DNA of 64,000 nt from Amphiscolops sp. MND2022. Taxonomy: Eukaryota. Made by a program: the position numbers and the translations under genes. The stretch covers positions 62,000,001 through 62,064,000 of the forward strand of contig OZ076411.1 of the NCBI GenBank assembly GCA_964187785.1. The letters run 5' to 3'. How positions within the stretch are numbered: the stretch's first letter is position 1; the number at the start of each line of letters is the position of its first letter. Shown here piece by piece: positions 51,488 to 64,000 of this stretch. Under the pieces are notes generated by a model, which was not told the DNA's origin, made no database searches, and was given only the letters and a program-made list of their open reading frames with translations.

Positions 51488-54400
51488 TCCCGACAAAGCC
51501 ACCTGTTTCTTCACAACTTGATACTTTCTTGATACTTTGAAATTCATGAAGGGCTTAAATCGCGGGACATTTGTCTTACCGACCACCAAACAGCGAAGTC
51601 AAGTAACGTCTCTGAGGTTTCCAACCGGCAAGTTGATGCGAAGCAACGTTGTAAACTCTCAACTATCCGTGGTGCGATGCCTTATGTGCCGGTCAAACGA
51701 GTTGGTACTTGCTTGACAACGATGCTAGATGAACACGCCCGACGAGGATGGAGAAGAATGGATAAGTTCGACAGTCGAAATACTAAATAGTTTTCCAGAT
51801 TTTACTAATGAAGCCATTTTTGAACTAGTGGATTTGCTGACGATGGTTCAATGTCGAAATACATTCAGTATGATATCCCAAAATTTTTCATTACTTAAGA
51901 ACAAGTGTCGCGAGTTCAGAAGTAACAATTACGTCTGATACTTCAAAGCCCATAAACTTTCTCTCAAGATTTCTTAAAAATTAGGTTATCGAGTTTCCAG
52001 AGGTAAAAACTCAATTTTAAAAAGACTTCCGCAATGTTTTGGGATTAGTGAAACAGAGCACGCTAAACATTTCTGTACTGCTATATTTTTCAGTCCATTT
52101 CAGTAAAACATTATTTCCACAGTCCATATTTTTCAGAAATGATCGAACTAATGATTGTAAAACTGCAGAAAACAGCACATTAAAGCCAAAGTTGAAAAAA
52201 TATTTAGAGTGAGCATGAAGGGCGTGGAAAAGCTGTTTGAGAAGCAAACACCAACCATGAATTTCTACGAACGGTTACTTTTAAAGCTGGAAACTTGAGA
52301 AATGAATGAAAAACTAGGTGTGAGCTGTTTCTCTTCAATTCTCTGGAAACGAATGATTAATCGCAGTTTATGGTTTGTCAGGTGAATGGTTCTGGAATTT
52401 TCACAATCGGTATTTCGAGTTGACTGATGACGGTCAATACTGTCCTCGGCTAAAACGAGTTTGACCGAGCGAGGCTACAGGGGATTGAAATAGTCGCCAT
52501 TCACGCTGTTTTTCGGATTCTTTCGATTTACTTTCACGTAACGGGAGGGGTTTTATGTAGTTGGTAACTAGTTGGTCATTGCTTTCTGGCAACACTGATC
52601 CTCGTTGTCTCAGCAGTCTCATGGTTGAATTTTCCGCACGCAAATCAAATTCAGTTGCCGCTTAGTACACCATTCGAATTTTAGGTTTCCAAAACTATAT
52701 CCATCAGACAATTAATATAATGGCATCAAAGAATTAAGTACTTTAAAAACACTCTCGGCGTCTCGTGATAGTGCCATAGTAGTAAGAATCCTCGGACCAT
52801 GTCATCTATTCCCCCCAAACTGCGGCGGAGGAGAAAATAAGACAGAAGGTTCAAATACCATTATGTCGACATCGTTTGCGTTGAAATTATGGTCCGATAA
52901 AATAATTGAAGTCGACATAATCCTATCCATTACATTGACCGTCAGTTAAAAGTTGCTCATTAGATTTTATAGCGGAGAAAATTTGCGCTAAAATAGGGGC
53001 CTTTTTATACAACTTTAGCTTGTTCCAATCGTGAATTTCTGCTATTTTGGACAATAATACCAAAAAATTAGGGTAATTTTTTTGCCTGAAGTATCCAAAC
53101 AGTTGTAGAGACAATCCTCTAAGTATTTACATTCATATAATATTCTCTTATTAGTGAAATATTTTTATTCAAGAACAAAATGTGCTTTCGTGTTGGGGGA
53201 GAGGAATTCCCAACAAGGTGTACCTGGGGAGAAATAAATGACATGGTCCGAATCCTCTCGGCAAGGGGAATAATCCCGAATGCTCGACGGAATCGCCTAC
53301 TACCCAGAACAATTGAAAATTTGGTACATTTGAGTCAGTTTCTAAAATTTCGATGAAATGTCGCGAAACACTTTTCCATGAAAAGCTGAATAGGTGAAAA
53401 GTGAGTATTCGAAATGGTAAGCGCTTAGCGAATTTCCTAACGAATCAATACACTCACTGCCTGCAATTGAACAAACGATAAAATGAAATCATAATGAGCT
53501 TTTGCACTGACTTCTTGGAAAGTAGTCAAAGCTCTCAGTAAATGACCAATCAGTCAAAAGTCAATGCACAATAATAAAAAATTTCACCCGATCTTTTTTT
53601 CTCAAAAACCAGTTTATCAAATGGTATACTGGTCCAAAAGGCACCAGGTTCAAAATGATTTAGCTGTTGTGTGAACCATTCATAATAACTGGTAGTCCTC
53701 ACAACTACAAGAAAACTGCGGAAAAGTGAATCGCTTTTGGAATACTTCACCAGCGGAAAACTTACACTCTAAACCAGCTGTTTTTGTACTAAAATGGGAT
53801 TTTAGTACATATACAACCTGAAGTTTCCCCAAAGATTTCCGAAAAAACGCTGAGATTCCACCTTTTCTACGAAAGCAGAAAATTAATATTTAGTGACCAC
53901 CCTCAACACCAAAATTGACTAGTTTTTTAAAAAAGTTGTATATGTGCCAAAAAAAGGTTCACTCTGATTGCACTAACTTTTAGACGTTTAACCGAATAGT
54001 ACTTCTGTTTGAACATGTTGAAAGCTCTGAATCTAAATGGATATCCGTTTGGTACTGCTGAACTGCAGTGGCGGCTTTGTTGATTAGATGAATCATAACT
54101 ACAAACTGATTGAAGCCGTTATGACTGTGATCGTACACATCCATATTTTCGAAAAGATGAAATTGCATCTAATATGATACCACTAAACTTGATGCCGCTG
54201 GAAATTTTGATACATCCATCTCTTCCATTTTTCTTCGGGATCTAGAAGAAAGCGATTCTATGTCGATAGACGCCATAGCTATTGCAAATTTGCTTTTTAA
54301 AAATTTCAGAGTAAGGTCAATTTGTGTCGAGCAATGACCTTTATGTTAGACCGGCTTCAGCATGCACCCTTAATGGAATAATTATCACCAAGGTTTTGAA

Positions 54401-54646
54401 ATGGAAGTTGTTTTAGGTGATCCATCAAACTTTCTCCTTATAAACATTCCAGATTTTCCAGAATACGATCCATGTTCATGGATGTCGAAGAGTCGACAAA
54501 AGTAGTCAGACAACAGACCGCGACTTTTACGTCCTTGAAAACAATAAAGACAATGTTTCATCATGCCTGAAAGTTATGATGATAGAAACGCATAAACTGG
54601 CGATGCTTGCCAGACTAGTTACCAACCATCTTGTAATCTATTTTAT

Positions 54647-54869
54647 GGTGCCCTTGTAAGTTCGCCTCATATAAGTTAGCCCGTAAAACTTAGCCACGTT
54701 TAGGTTAGCCACAATATAAGTTGGTCACGTTTATTTTCTCCACATTTCAGCAAATGGAAATTGAATGCATGTATTAATTGAATGTATGTGGCCAACTTAT
54801 ATGGTGGCTAACTTGAATGTGGCTAAGTTTTACGGGCTAACTTCTATGTGGCGAACTTAAAAGGACACG
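54647..54869. mobile_element. Palindromic MITE (~223 bp, ~83-bp TIRs)
   Basis: GGTGCCCTTGTAAGTTCGCCTCATATAAGTTAGCCCGTAAAACTTAGCCAC versus the reverse complement of the right arm CGTGTCCTTTTAAGTTCGCCACATAGAAGTTAGCCCGTAAAACTTAGCCAC. Confidence 0.8.
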
Positions 54870-54874
54870 ATTAT

Positions 54875-55243
54875 GGGGACTGTTCAATTCGTCGAACATT
54901 CAATTCGTCGAACACGTATTACTTTAGCGAGCAATATATGACGTAATGGAATGAATTGATTTCGGCCAATCAAATTCGAGCATTCAAAATTACGATAACG
55001 TAGTCAGATATGTTCACATACTCCTAGTGCCCTAAATGCAGGAGCGAAGCGACGTGCCATATGGCCATGCCTCAATATTGCTACTTGGCGAAGGGAGCGA
55101 AGCGACCGAGCCATACAACAAATATGCTAATCGCTACAAAATATAACCAAATGAAATTAATCGCTGATATGGAATTCTTTCGACGCATTGAATAGCTTTT
55201 CATCTTTCGACGATTTGAATGTTCGACGAATTGAATAGGCACC
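54875..55243. mobile_element. Mutator-like MITE (369 bp) with 9-bp TSD
   Basis: TIRs GGGGACTGTTCAATTCGTCGAACATTCAA versus GGTGCCTATTCAATTCGTCGAACATTCAA; perfect TSD CACGATTAT at 54866-54874 and 55244-55252. Confidence 0.8.
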
Positions 55244-58141
55244 CACGATTATATTATGCATAATGTATAAAATAATAAACTGCCCATCGATAAATATCAA
55301 TTATCATCGATCGAAAACCAACCGGGCGCCCTCTCAAGGACCTCAGCCAACCGTTTTTACCACATTACTCGTATCGTAGTCTTTACGGTTGTTACTATTG
55401 TCGTCATATGGATGTATTCTATCCCAAATATTACGTATTGGGACACGCATCAGATCACTTCCCCACCACTTAAGCATTCACACAGCTGCATTTCAAGCTT
55501 GTATCGCTTCCTAACTTCTTACAGGCTTCTCCAAAAGCATCAATAGTCTCAAGTTGAGTTTAGGATTTGACAGCAAAAACAGAATTCAAACATTTCTGTG
55601 ATGGACATTATTTATCCGAAGCTTGAGGACTTGGGAATTAGGGAATAAAAGTAGAAAAATACAAATATTTATTACGACTAAGAAATAAAATATGCATCTG
55701 ATGAAACAAAACAATGGCAGGAAAACTAACAAATGAAATTTTCAAGTATGTATTTGATTCAATCATTAATTATAAACTTGAATTTGATCACCCTAATTAC
55801 AGTCAACTTCAGAATAGTGTCGCGTGAACCAAAAGTAACAAATAAGAGGGTTATGCAAATATGTTCACAAAATATCAGCACCAATGCGTTGTTTATTGAT
55901 CAACCTTAATGTGCAAACCCACGTGAAAAATGAATCAGCGGTCATTTCCATCACTTGAACTAACGGGCAACATTGGCCTTATTATTACGATAAATTGGAG
56001 CTGTGTTGAAACTTCGATGAGACCGCCGCAAAATAATTTGTTATTAAGCGAAGTCGCTCTCAAAACGACGATGCCTGAAAACTAGTTGGAATGGGCGGGC
56101 TACACAGCGGTTTTTAATATGCGAAGTATAATGCTAAAAATCCACATTATAATGATTTAGCTACTTCTGCAACGAAACGCGAAAACGTTTTTTTCTACAT
56201 TTAATAACCATTTATTTCTCTCCGAGAGCATGAAATTATCATTTTAATTTCCAAGTAAGTTTGTCATTTTTACTCTTGACAAACGAAGCCTTCAACTTAT
56301 ACATATAAATATTTCAAACTCATTTCAGAGGTTTGAAGCTTATTGCTTGTGCAATACAAAAAACTGGACATGTAACTTTCAATGGTGCAGTGATTAAAAA
56401 TTAAGAATGTAGCTGAATATTTGCATGATTAAGTAGGATACAAAAACCTGACTCATTATCTGCCATGGCAGCTGTTACAGAGAAGGAATGTCAAAAACAC
56501 TGGGAGATCATCTTAAAAATTGGAATTTGAATTTCAGCCTACACATTTCGGTTTACATTTTCCTGAAGGATTGTTCAACAGCTCAATAGAGGTGTGAGTA
56601 ATTGATTATCTCTAGAACCAGTTTATTGCAACACCTAACCAATTCAAAATTTTAAAACTATGCATTGATTTTTTGAATGTAAAAAATCAGAAAAACGTTC
56701 CAGTGTTGCGAAGGAAAAGTAAAAATCAAAATTTATATATTTATGATTGAAATATCCAAGTTATAAATATCCAAAAATGCCGCAAGCAAACTTTTTTTGA
56801 TGTAAAAGTTTCACAGCACATGGTGAATCACATACATTAGAGTTGATCACAGTTACTTATACAAGAAAAAGCTCCAACGTGTCACAGTTCAACCGGGACT
56901 TGCATAAAAATCATTAAAGATGAAGTCAATTTGACATAAAAAGGTCAAATTGAATTGAGATATGCGGGAATAGCTGATTTATAAGTGGTTTATAAAAATA
57001 ATTATTACTAATTGGATAAAACTTTCTTACACTGTTTCACTTTGTTAACCTTTCTAATTTCTCAACACTACAATTTCAACGTCTTTTGAAGACTAAATAA
57101 CATTTCAATAAATCCTGATCAGGTCAACGTTGAAACATTAGGCAGTGTAGAAAAATTGGAAGGCCCAACTTGATCGAATTCAGACTGACGAAATAACAAG
57201 ATTAACATGGGTTATACTTTGAATGCTGCTCAGGGTTCACGACAACGCTTCTCGCCTAACAATTAGTTTATTATCATTTAATCATTACACTCATTCTTGT
57301 TAATAACAGCGATCCTTTCAGGATATGCAAGTTTTTTACCAGACGAATAATTGTACTTTAGTCAGAGCACTGTTGTTCACTCGTGACATAATCAGACTAC
57401 TTTGTTGGTAGAAAAGATAATATGAAACTTTCATGACCAGTGGCGAATTGAGTTTTGATTCCAAGACAAGCAATGAAAATCCGTCTAAGTGAAAAACTTG
57501 TGTCAATAATGCATTTTCGACACGGAATTAAACCACAAATACTTGCAACGTTTGCTATTTCAAAGGAGCCTCGAACGACGCTTGAATTGCTGCTCCTATA
57601 GTAAAATCACAGAGCGAGTAAATTGTTCAAAATGTTGCAAGTTTACATTTAGATAAATATGTTAAAATAGAATAGAGACACAGAAGATAGACGCAGAGCA
57701 TTGAAATAATTTTACATTGGCAGTTGCCTTAAAACATCGAGATACGTTCACTCATGTACACACGTTAAAGCATCTAAAATGACAAGAATTCAGTTTTTAA
57801 GACGAATAGAAGGAAGAGGGAAGGAGTTGGCGTTTTGTGCAGAGGTCGCACAGCCAACCAGTTTGGAGGTGACTACAACGAGGGTAAAGGTCAAAGTTGA
57901 CATCATTGAGGTCCGTCCGGTTGGGCCCGTCACTCCTTCAAGGATTCCTGGGTTGATTCCACAACGATGGCATGATGGCGTACTACAAGCTGGAGTCTAT
58001 AGACATCTAAGATGTATTGATCGAAAACTAATGCAATTGCAGTTGAGGGACTTAATACCATTTATACAGTATTGTTATTTAGAGTAACTGAATCGAAAGG
58101 TGTTATTCGACATGTTATGAAGAGGGAGGGTGAGATAGTTG

Positions 58142-61100
58142 CTAGAACGCTTTGTTACCAGAAATGACAAGAGCACCATTGTTGTTATTGTTCATGAGGT
58201 TTGAGGTAGAGGAAGCGTTGACGTTAGCCGTAGAAGACGAGTTTGTCACCGTCACCGATGCACCAGAACTCATCAGTGCAATGTCACCTCCCCGTCCTAC
58301 CCCACCCCCGCTACCTGTCGTCCCAGTGCCCCCTCCAGTTATATTTCCTTCACTCGCTCTTTGAGCACCCCCGCCCGCGGGGAAACACAAAAACCTGTTA
58401 TTCACATCCGACTGAACTGACGCTGGCCTTAGAGATGCAGTCACTGTGGTGACGCCGCAATCTGTTTTGTAAGGTCTCCCGTTTTTGATTTGCTTGCACG
58501 GCGTTGGACCGGAAATTAAGTCTTCCTGCTGGAAAAAGGTGTCTGTGCTGAACGCGGCAGAAGTTGTCTGATTGGTGCTATTGCTCATCTGTTGTTTTCT
58601 GTTTGCTGTGTCTGAAGACGATGAGGAGTGGCTTGAAATGTGTGAGAATTGGTTGAACATGGCTGTAGTGGTGACAGTCGCCCCTGCTTGCTGCCCAGTG
58701 TTGCCTGTCCCCGAATTGTTATTGCCGAAGAGTGAAGATTGTGCGCCTCGCTTAACAGCTGCAGTTGCGTTGTTCATCGAAGCCGAGGACCCGTTTGAGC
58801 ACGAAGTGTTGTTCTGATATACATTTGTGGAGCATTGCTCCGTCTGAGATGTAGGTAGGTAGCTGCAAAAACAAACAATTCTATCACTATTACATTCATA
58901 CAGTTTAGCGGGAGCCCTATGTAAAAGCAGTGAACAGAAGAGTACGATGCCCAAGTGACAAAAACAATTTTAGAACGAAGAGAATTCTGGTTCGAATCGC
59001 TAAGTGCCTCATGTTTTTGTTTTTCGAAAAAGTTGAATACAGTAGAAGGTAACCTTCATTTTCAACTTTTTCCTTAAATCAGAAAGGTCTCCTTTTTGAG
59101 CACTTTTTGTAACCATGTTGAAGCAAAAAAAAGCACATAATTTTTCAAATTTGAAACTTTGAAATTTTCACAAGTACAGTTCCTTCAATAATTCGAATGA
59201 TAATAGCTGTTTTTGGGCCTCAAGAGGAGCGTGCCCATTCCCAACTGGTTCAAAACGTTAAAAGTAAAAGAAAAGAATGAAAAAATTAGGGTAGATCTTG
59301 TGACTATGTGTCTTCTGTTCGATTCTGTGAAACCGATCGAGGGACTTAGGAATTCCAATCTATAAACAGTGCATATTTATTCAATGATTTTTGACATCGT
59401 GGAAAAAGGTTTCAGTTAACTATGAGCAAGTTCTTTCACCTTCTTGTCAAGTTTGACAGACGAACACTGATGTTGTTATCGGGATATTTTCGTTCATCAC
59501 GAAGTCAGCCAAAACGGAACCACAACCCGAAGTATTTTATTCTCCGTATCAGCAGTTTCATCGCTCAAAACAACTTTCCAACATTGCAATCAGTAAGAAA
59601 CTATTTAATTCAGTGACATTTTCCTCCTGATAGGCTTGAATTGAGTCAACATTGGTTTTCAAGGGTAGGAGCCCAAAGTTATATATTTGCCCCTTTCCTG
59701 TCCTATTCGCAATTAAATGATTTAAATAATTACCATTATTTGTTCATCTAATTTTCAAATAAATAAACTTTCATTTCCTTCCTCAGTGTATTTTTAAAAA
59801 AAAATAGCCATATCACCATATCATAAGAATTGAATTATTTTAAGCATGTACATAGGAAAAAGTATGCGCAAGTCTGCACATGCAAGTACATTCAAGGATG
59901 CTTTTTACAACTAACGTACAAGATGCACACACCGGAAAACTAGGTTGCGCGTGCAACACGATGCCGTAAAAAAGTATTGTAAGAATGGCGTATTGCGGTC
60001 AGTCAATTTTTCCAGGCGTAAAATCTTGGTAGGCAGTCGGACGTCTCGTTACGTAATTAACACGGCGAGACAAAACTTGTAGGTTACCCATTATTCGTGC
60101 CTCGCTAACATTTGAGACACATTTGTCTCATGTTCACCGGAATAAGGTTGATCTCTCTTCTACACTAATCATCTATAGTTCCTACGCCTTGTCTACTTTT
60201 CCAGGCGTGTACAAAGATGATGCATCAGTTTTCAGAGACAAACAAGAAGAGCCTTGAAAGAGATGCAAGTTGTACAGGTTTTATTGCCGGCCTCAACTCA
60301 AGCAATTATCCTAATAAACATTTTTTATTCATTCGATTGCCTCTCGCTCAGTGATTGCAATGCTTCTATTCACGTCATGTCTCCGTACAGTCTAGAGCTG
60401 AAAATATTCCTTAATGCTATCCTATTTCAACTCCACAACAGTGGAGTACTATCAGTTAGACCAAGTACCGTGCAATTAATTCACACACAATTCTACACCG
60501 TCATCCATTGACCATCGACCTCCTTTAGACACACGAACGTGCGTACATACTTAGGCACGAAACCAAACGCGGTACCATTTTGGATTCCATTCTCAACCTT
60601 TTTGTTTCGGAGCAGACAAATCATTTCCCACGCTTAGGTTCATTAAAAAGTGACAACATTTTCGGTAAGAAGGTTGATTAAATGGTTGTTCGGTCTCTGA
60701 AGCTCAAGATTCTAGGTACCTTGAAGATTCTAGGTTGCGGGTAGCATCAGATGGTTGGATATTGGTGGATAGATTACAGAAAGAGTTGTTTGCTCCTATT
60801 GGAAATACACCCCCACTTGTCGAAGCTCCACCCCCCATGCCACCGGGAAGATCACTTTGAGACGAGGGCGATATGCCTGATGGGCCACCACTACTGTTAC
60901 TGGGGGATAAAACTGTACCGAAAGACATGTCTGAAACAATAACACTTTCTGATACCGCTTCGTATCTTTACAACTGAGCAAAATAAATTATTAAATACGA
61001 CAATAACCTCGCGCGCTCCAGCGACAAGCAAACAGAAGCCAAAATTGTTTTTTTTTCAAAAACGGATTCCAAATGAACTCAAATGTAGAGGTTTAGGCGA

Positions 61101-63219
61101 AAAGCGGAAACTGAACAAATCGTAAATCAAGGCAATATTGCTGCAATTTCCGCTTTTCAAAATTGCTTCAATTGCAAGGACAAAACTAATCTTTGGTGTT
61201 CATTAAAAGGACAGATCAATTATCGTTGAATAAAAATAAAGGTTAAAACTTAAAGGTTTGCCTTTGAAGGTGGAAGGTTTTGATATAAACCATTTTTGTT
61301 TCACCGGTATTCATGAAAATTTAACGAGGAATAGAAAACACATAACCCTGACACCGATTTTAAATGAAAAATGTTGAAAACTAGAACGAAAACAAGCAGA
61401 ATATTCGACTAACTAGAGAGAACATTGGGCGGTGGAGGAGTGCGGTAAGCATTTGGAAATTGTTGCGGCATGAATTGTCGCCCTCCAGTGGCGGTGTTGT
61501 ATATTTGGTTAGTACCCTGTCGCACATTCGTCTGCAGTGCCGCTGCGCCCAATCTGCTGCCGCCGATGGAGGTGGACATGACACCTCCCACAGCCGCTCT
61601 AGGGGCGCCGCCTACGTAGCGAGGGTCCGAGTGCGATTGTGGCAGCTCCCCAATGTCGCTGAACTGGCTATGGACCGCAGGCGATGAGCTAGGTCTGTTG
61701 GGACTGAGTAAAGCCTTATTAGAAGGCGAGTTTGAAAAGTTTAGCTGCTGAAAAACAAAACAAAATTTCAATCGAAACCGGTCAACAACAACAATATAGA
61801 TCGAAATGAAACAAGTAACTATTTCTCGGAGAGCATCTGGTTGGAACAAGGGCTTGAAAAACATTCACATGATGCTGACTGTTCCTGGGTCTTCAAATAA
61901 AACTAGAAAGTAATTTTGTTTTCAACACAGATTTATACAGCCGTGATCAATGAATTTTGTTACACAAACAATATTAACAATAACACTTTTATTCATATTT
62001 CATTAGATACTTTCAGTGAATAATGATTTTTCAGAGGGAGCAATTATGCAAATATCACGCTAAATATGGCAAAATTCACGGTAAATAATGCTCAATTCCG
62101 ATTGCCTAAATAATTCCACGCCGTGATTATGTGATTTTAATGCCTGACCCAGGGTCAACTGGAGCTGGCCCGATGGGTATTTAGTCGCTTGCGGCATTTG
62201 ATGTCGATGTCTAATAAAAACCGATGCCGGGCATCAAGCATGTTTCGATACATCCAACCATGGTTTTATCTTGAAACTTGAGTCATTGGAATTGGATGTG
62301 TGGATATGATAACTCACGTTTTGACAAGAAATGGCATGGCTTTCTGGTATTTCCACTTTTAAAGCTGGAATAGCAACTCTGGAGTTATGGCTGTGAGGGG
62401 TGCTTCTGTTCATGGCGGAAAACACCTCGGCGCCTCCGTTGGGCGAACAACAGGTGTCCTGCGCGTTCTGCTGCGACCTTGCAGCGTAGATTGGCGACAG
62501 GTTGCGCGAGACGGGTCTGCTGAGATTCTGCTGCTGCAAGGTAGGGAAATTGGTGGCGGAAGGCGACGCACAATTAGAGTGAGGTCTGCTTGGCGGAGTG
62601 ATGATCCTGGTGTGCATTTGTTGGTGCTGTGGCTGACCTGAACATCCAATACATTCAATACGCACAGTACAACAAAAGATTCCTGCATCCTTATGAACAT
62701 TGACTAACTTCAAAATAACCCAAACCGTCTCCGCCTAGCAACTTTTTGATCAACCAAAAACATTGGATCCAGAACATCAACAAATTTTTTTTTATTATTT
62801 CTTGTTTTTCCCCAAGAGGTCGCCCCGAATACAAATAGCCATACCGTAATGAAAAATTGGTCAAAAATCGCGGCATTATAAATGTTTCCAATGCTTACTG
62901 CTTCAAAAAGTAATCACTTGGATAATGACCGAGTTGATCGACTGAAACCGCTAAATTTGTTACATTTTCGCCTCTTGACTCTACAGTGAGTCTAACCTAG
63001 CTGCATTTGCTGTTGGCGAGAAGACTGTGCTGCCGCTGCGGCCAACTGGGGGTCAGTGAGGATAGCGTTGCCCCCCGCAGCACCCACGGCGGCCCCGCTC
63101 ATAAGGGGCATGTGGGGGATCTGCAGAGTTAACGAAGGGTTGTGCGCATTCGATAGGGAAGATTGCAAACTGTCCAGTTTGTTCACCGCTTGACTGTCCC
63201 AGCAGTTGGTTAGATCGCC
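58142..63219 (-). CDS. 3' part of a multi-exon gene for a low-complexity (S/N/G/Q/P-rich) protein; exons 63219-62997, 62637-62318, 61747-61414, 60930-60720, 58862-58142; 5' part unresolved or beyond the window
   Basis: All four introns are GT-AG with pyrimidine-rich acceptors and matching phases (1, 0, 1, 2). Exon lengths 223, 320, 334, 211 and 721 nt keep one open frame to TAG. Confidence 0.8.
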
Positions 63220-63699
63220 CTGCAAATAAAGTATTGATCACATTTGAAATCGACTTTTCGTTCCAAGTTGACGTCAATTATATTCATGTTGAGTGCCAGC
63301 GATAGACAATAAAACTCACGAGGAAATTCGACAAAGATCTACAACAGGCTTTGGAAAACTGTACTTGGGCTCGTTGTAATTGAAACCCGGAACTGAGCCT
63401 AAAATATGATTTACCCAATTTTACATTGGGTAATAATTCAAGGATACAAGACGCAACTGAAAAACATTTGCTCTCTTGAAGTTACGAGCAACCGACCCTG
63501 ACAAGTAACATTGAAACTTGGTTCCTGATGAAGTTAATGATGAAACACTGGTGTTAAACCATGATTTACTCTCTACCTTTTAGTACATAATTTATCAGCA
63601 TGTGCCGTCAAGTCATTGAAATATCAAGTTTTACATAAAAAGTTCACATCATAGTACACATGCAGCATTGATGCCTTTGGAACTATTTGTGAAAAAAAC

Positions 63700-63896
63700 T
63701 TTTCCGCTGCGAAAAGGGAACTTGAGACATTGACAAATAACGCCCATACATCCAATCAATCTCCATTGTCTCCTCTTGGTGGGAACAGTACGTAGCTCTT
63801 GCGTGTCCGATACTTTTTCCAATTAATTCTTTCAAGGTCGCGCCTGTTTCACATTTCAGCAAAGCCGTATACAAATTACTGTTTACCCATTTAGCT
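63700..63896 (-). CDS. Probable upstream exon of the same gene with a PAS-like motif (link to exon 63219 not resolved)
   Basis: Acceptor TTTTGTGTGTGCAG followed by an open frame SAKWVNSNLYTALLKCETGATLKELIGKSIGHARATYCSHQEETMEIDW. Confidence 0.35.
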
Positions 63897-64000
63897 GACT
63901 GCACACACAAAACTAGTTAAAAGATGGTAATGAAATGCAAATATGACATGCTATGGCCACATTCTCAGAGCCCGTCGCCAAAGTAATTTTGAAGGGCACA

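Noticed and set aside
57779-58087. Plus-strand ORF with GRGK...V...T..R.KVKVD, reminiscent of the Runt domain C-terminal strand
   Set aside because: The rest of the Runt domain and plus-strand splice context are absent; it lies antisense just after a minus-strand gene; the match is too short to trust.

Overview
Repeat-rich, AT-rich eukaryotic DNA, most likely from an invertebrate animal (spliceosomal GT-AG introns, BEL/Pao LTR retrotransposons, Tc1). Two host genes can be assembled by hand, both on the minus strand. (1) A complete 3-exon, 510-aa membrane-bound UDP-glycosyltransferase (UGT)-like gene, complement(join(16301..17507,17793..17988,29589..29718)). Its 11.6-kb first intron holds an antisense tandem BEL/Pao array, and its 3' end is tandemly duplicated (2.28 kb). 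(2) The 3' five exons (58142-63219) of an unidentified low-complexity protein that runs off the right edge. Mobile DNA dominates the rest: a decayed BEL/Pao (2309-9178) with a Tc1 (DD34E) inserted in its 5' LTR; a younger BEL/Pao LTR-internal-LTR-internal-LTR array (about 20-28.8 kb) with a tRNA-Lys PBS and an extra ORF upstream of gag that looks like an SGNH/GDSL-hydrolase fold (top finding); about 11 copies of a Helentron/DINE-1-like non-autonomous family (subterminal inverted repeats plus 3' hairpin), some carrying a tRNA-like A/B-box module; and several MITEs (hAT-like with 8-bp TSD, Mutator-like with 9-bp TSD, foldback-like). All family assignments come from motifs recognised by eye; no database searches were run.
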